Positions 62,969 to 64,000 of a DNA stretch of 64,000 nt are shown piece by piece (within the stretch, counting starts at the first letter, position 1; every line of letters begins with the position of its first letter). Under the pieces are notes generated by a model. It ran no database searches, was not told where the DNA came from, and was given only the letters and a program-made list of their open reading frames with translations. The stretch spans positions 96,001 to 160,000 of IMG/VR virus record IMGVR_UViG_3300046777_002520; one strand, given 5' to 3'. Position numbers and translations under genes: made by a program. This DNA comes from a virus.

Positions 62969-64000
62969 ATGGCTGGAAGCTGGAACGCCAACATTAACTT
63001 CATCCAGGATGGCGAAAGAGTTGACGCCAACGTGTCCGGTCGTCCAGACCGTGCTCTCAGCGACCGCACCAGCTACCTGAAAGACAGAATCGACGCCATC
63101 GACAACGGTCAGGCCTTGTTTGCATTCGACGTAGCCGTCGAGGCATCCACTCTGGTCGGTCAGGCTGTCTACTGGAACGCGTCGTCGCAGAAGTTCGAGA
63201 AGGCCCTGGCTTCCGTGGTCATCGACGCTGAGGGAAGCCTGGTCAATTCTCCAGAATCCGAAGTCGTTGGCGTGGTCTTCAGCAAGACCTCCAGCACCGT
63301 GGCGACGCTGCTCATCTCTGGCAAGGCCAAGCTGGACATCAGCAACGCCATCGCTGTCGCGCTGCAGCCAGGTCGGTACTTCCTGTCGGCAAACACGGCT
63401 GGTCAGCTTGAGCGCCAGTCTGAGGGTGCTTCCATCCCCGTGCTGTACTCCGACGGCAACGGCGAGGTGTATGTACAACCGCAATACAAGAACATAGCCG
63501 AGAACCACTGCCACTTTAAGTTCGACCTGTACACGTCTGTGGCTGGCGTACACAACATACCGGCCCCAGGTGGACGGCACGTCATCAGCAATCCAGACGC
63601 GTCCAAGCCTGGCTGGCTTCCTGCCAGCCACGAGTCGTTTCAGGGTCTGGCTCCCAGAGGCGCTGCCTTTGGCTACAACCTGTCGCAGCACTCCGACCTG
63701 AACAGGGTCTGGCCTCCCATGCCAGCCGAGTACGCAGCCGTCGTGCTGTTCAGCGGCGACAAGGCCCTGGGGCAAGAGCTGCCGATGGGCGAGACGGGGC
63801 TGGTGGTCATAGACAGGCACGGCCTGTGGTGGATGAGCGACTGCTACGGCGACGTGCCGTGGGACATCAATTACACGACATCGTTTTCCAGCTCCGAGGT
63901 GTCGCAGGGCGAGACCCCTGAGTGCCCGAGAGACTTGACCAGAAAGCTTGTGCTTTACTTCGCCAAGGTTCGGTACGGCGGCAAGGCCACGGTAGTGACC
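62969..64000 (+). CDS. Tail fibre / structural protein (partial, runs off window)
   Basis: GAGGT SD, ATG 62969, 344 stop-free codons: MAGSWNANINFIQDGERVDANVSGRPDRALSDRTSYLK...; absent from the track because it has no stop. Confidence 0.75.
   Translation, partial: MAGSWNANINFIQDGERVDANVSGRPDRALSDRTSYLKDRIDAIDNGQALFAFDVAVEASTLVGQAVYWNASSQKFEKALASVVIDAEGSLVNSPESEVVGVVFSKTSSTVATLLISGKAKLDISNAIAVALQPGRYFLSANTAGQLERQSEGASIPVLYSDGNGEVYVQPQYKNIAENHCHFKFDLYTSVAGVHNIPAPGGRHVISNPDASKPGWLPASHESFQGLAPRGAAFGYNLSQHSDLNRVWPPMPAEYAAVVLFSGDKALGQELPMGETGLVVIDRHGLWWMSDCYGDVPWDINYTTSFSSSEVSQGETPECPRDLTRKLVLYFAKVRYGGKATVVT

Noticed and set aside
39204-64000. Extracellular contractile injection system or tailocin
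   Set aside because: A capsid, protease, scaffold, neck proteins, RNR and RNAP are present, so this is a complete phage.
1-64000. Stop-codon reassignment (seen in some jumbo phages)
   Set aside because: Conserved genes are intact in code 11, and TAA, TAG and TGA all end genes at tightly coupled junctions.

Overview
This window is part of a large tailed-phage (jumbo myovirus-like) genome in standard genetic code, almost all on the + strand. (1) 1-1.8 kb: end of an accessory/early block containing an ECF-like sigma factor. (2) 1.8-5.2 kb: a convergent class II ribonucleotide reductase carrying an intein. (3) 5.3-37.9 kb: a head module. It holds a phage-encoded bacterial-type RNA polymerase built as a beta+beta'-N fusion plus a separate beta'-C subunit, an SF2/SNF2 helicase, a prohead protease, scaffold, decoration protein and an HK97-type major capsid protein. 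Many unknown proteins here share a recurrent K-x-A motif and glycine-zipper hairpins. (4) 37.9-39.1 kb: an island of three repeated promoter-terminator cassettes, one with no ORF and a probable structured small RNA. (5) 39.2-64 kb: a contractile tail module (neck, sheath, tube, spike, frameshift-linked chaperones, tape measure, baseplate, fibre), interrupted by a sigma70-family gene, a subtilase cassette and an HExxH effector. The best candidates for an undescribed system are the K-x-A-delimited head-cargo polyprotein and glycine-zipper effector set, the unusual RNAP/sigma/helicase transcription kit, and the cassette island with its sRNA. All family assignments come from motifs recognised by eye; no database search was run. 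No portal, terminase, tRNA or CRISPR array was recognised.
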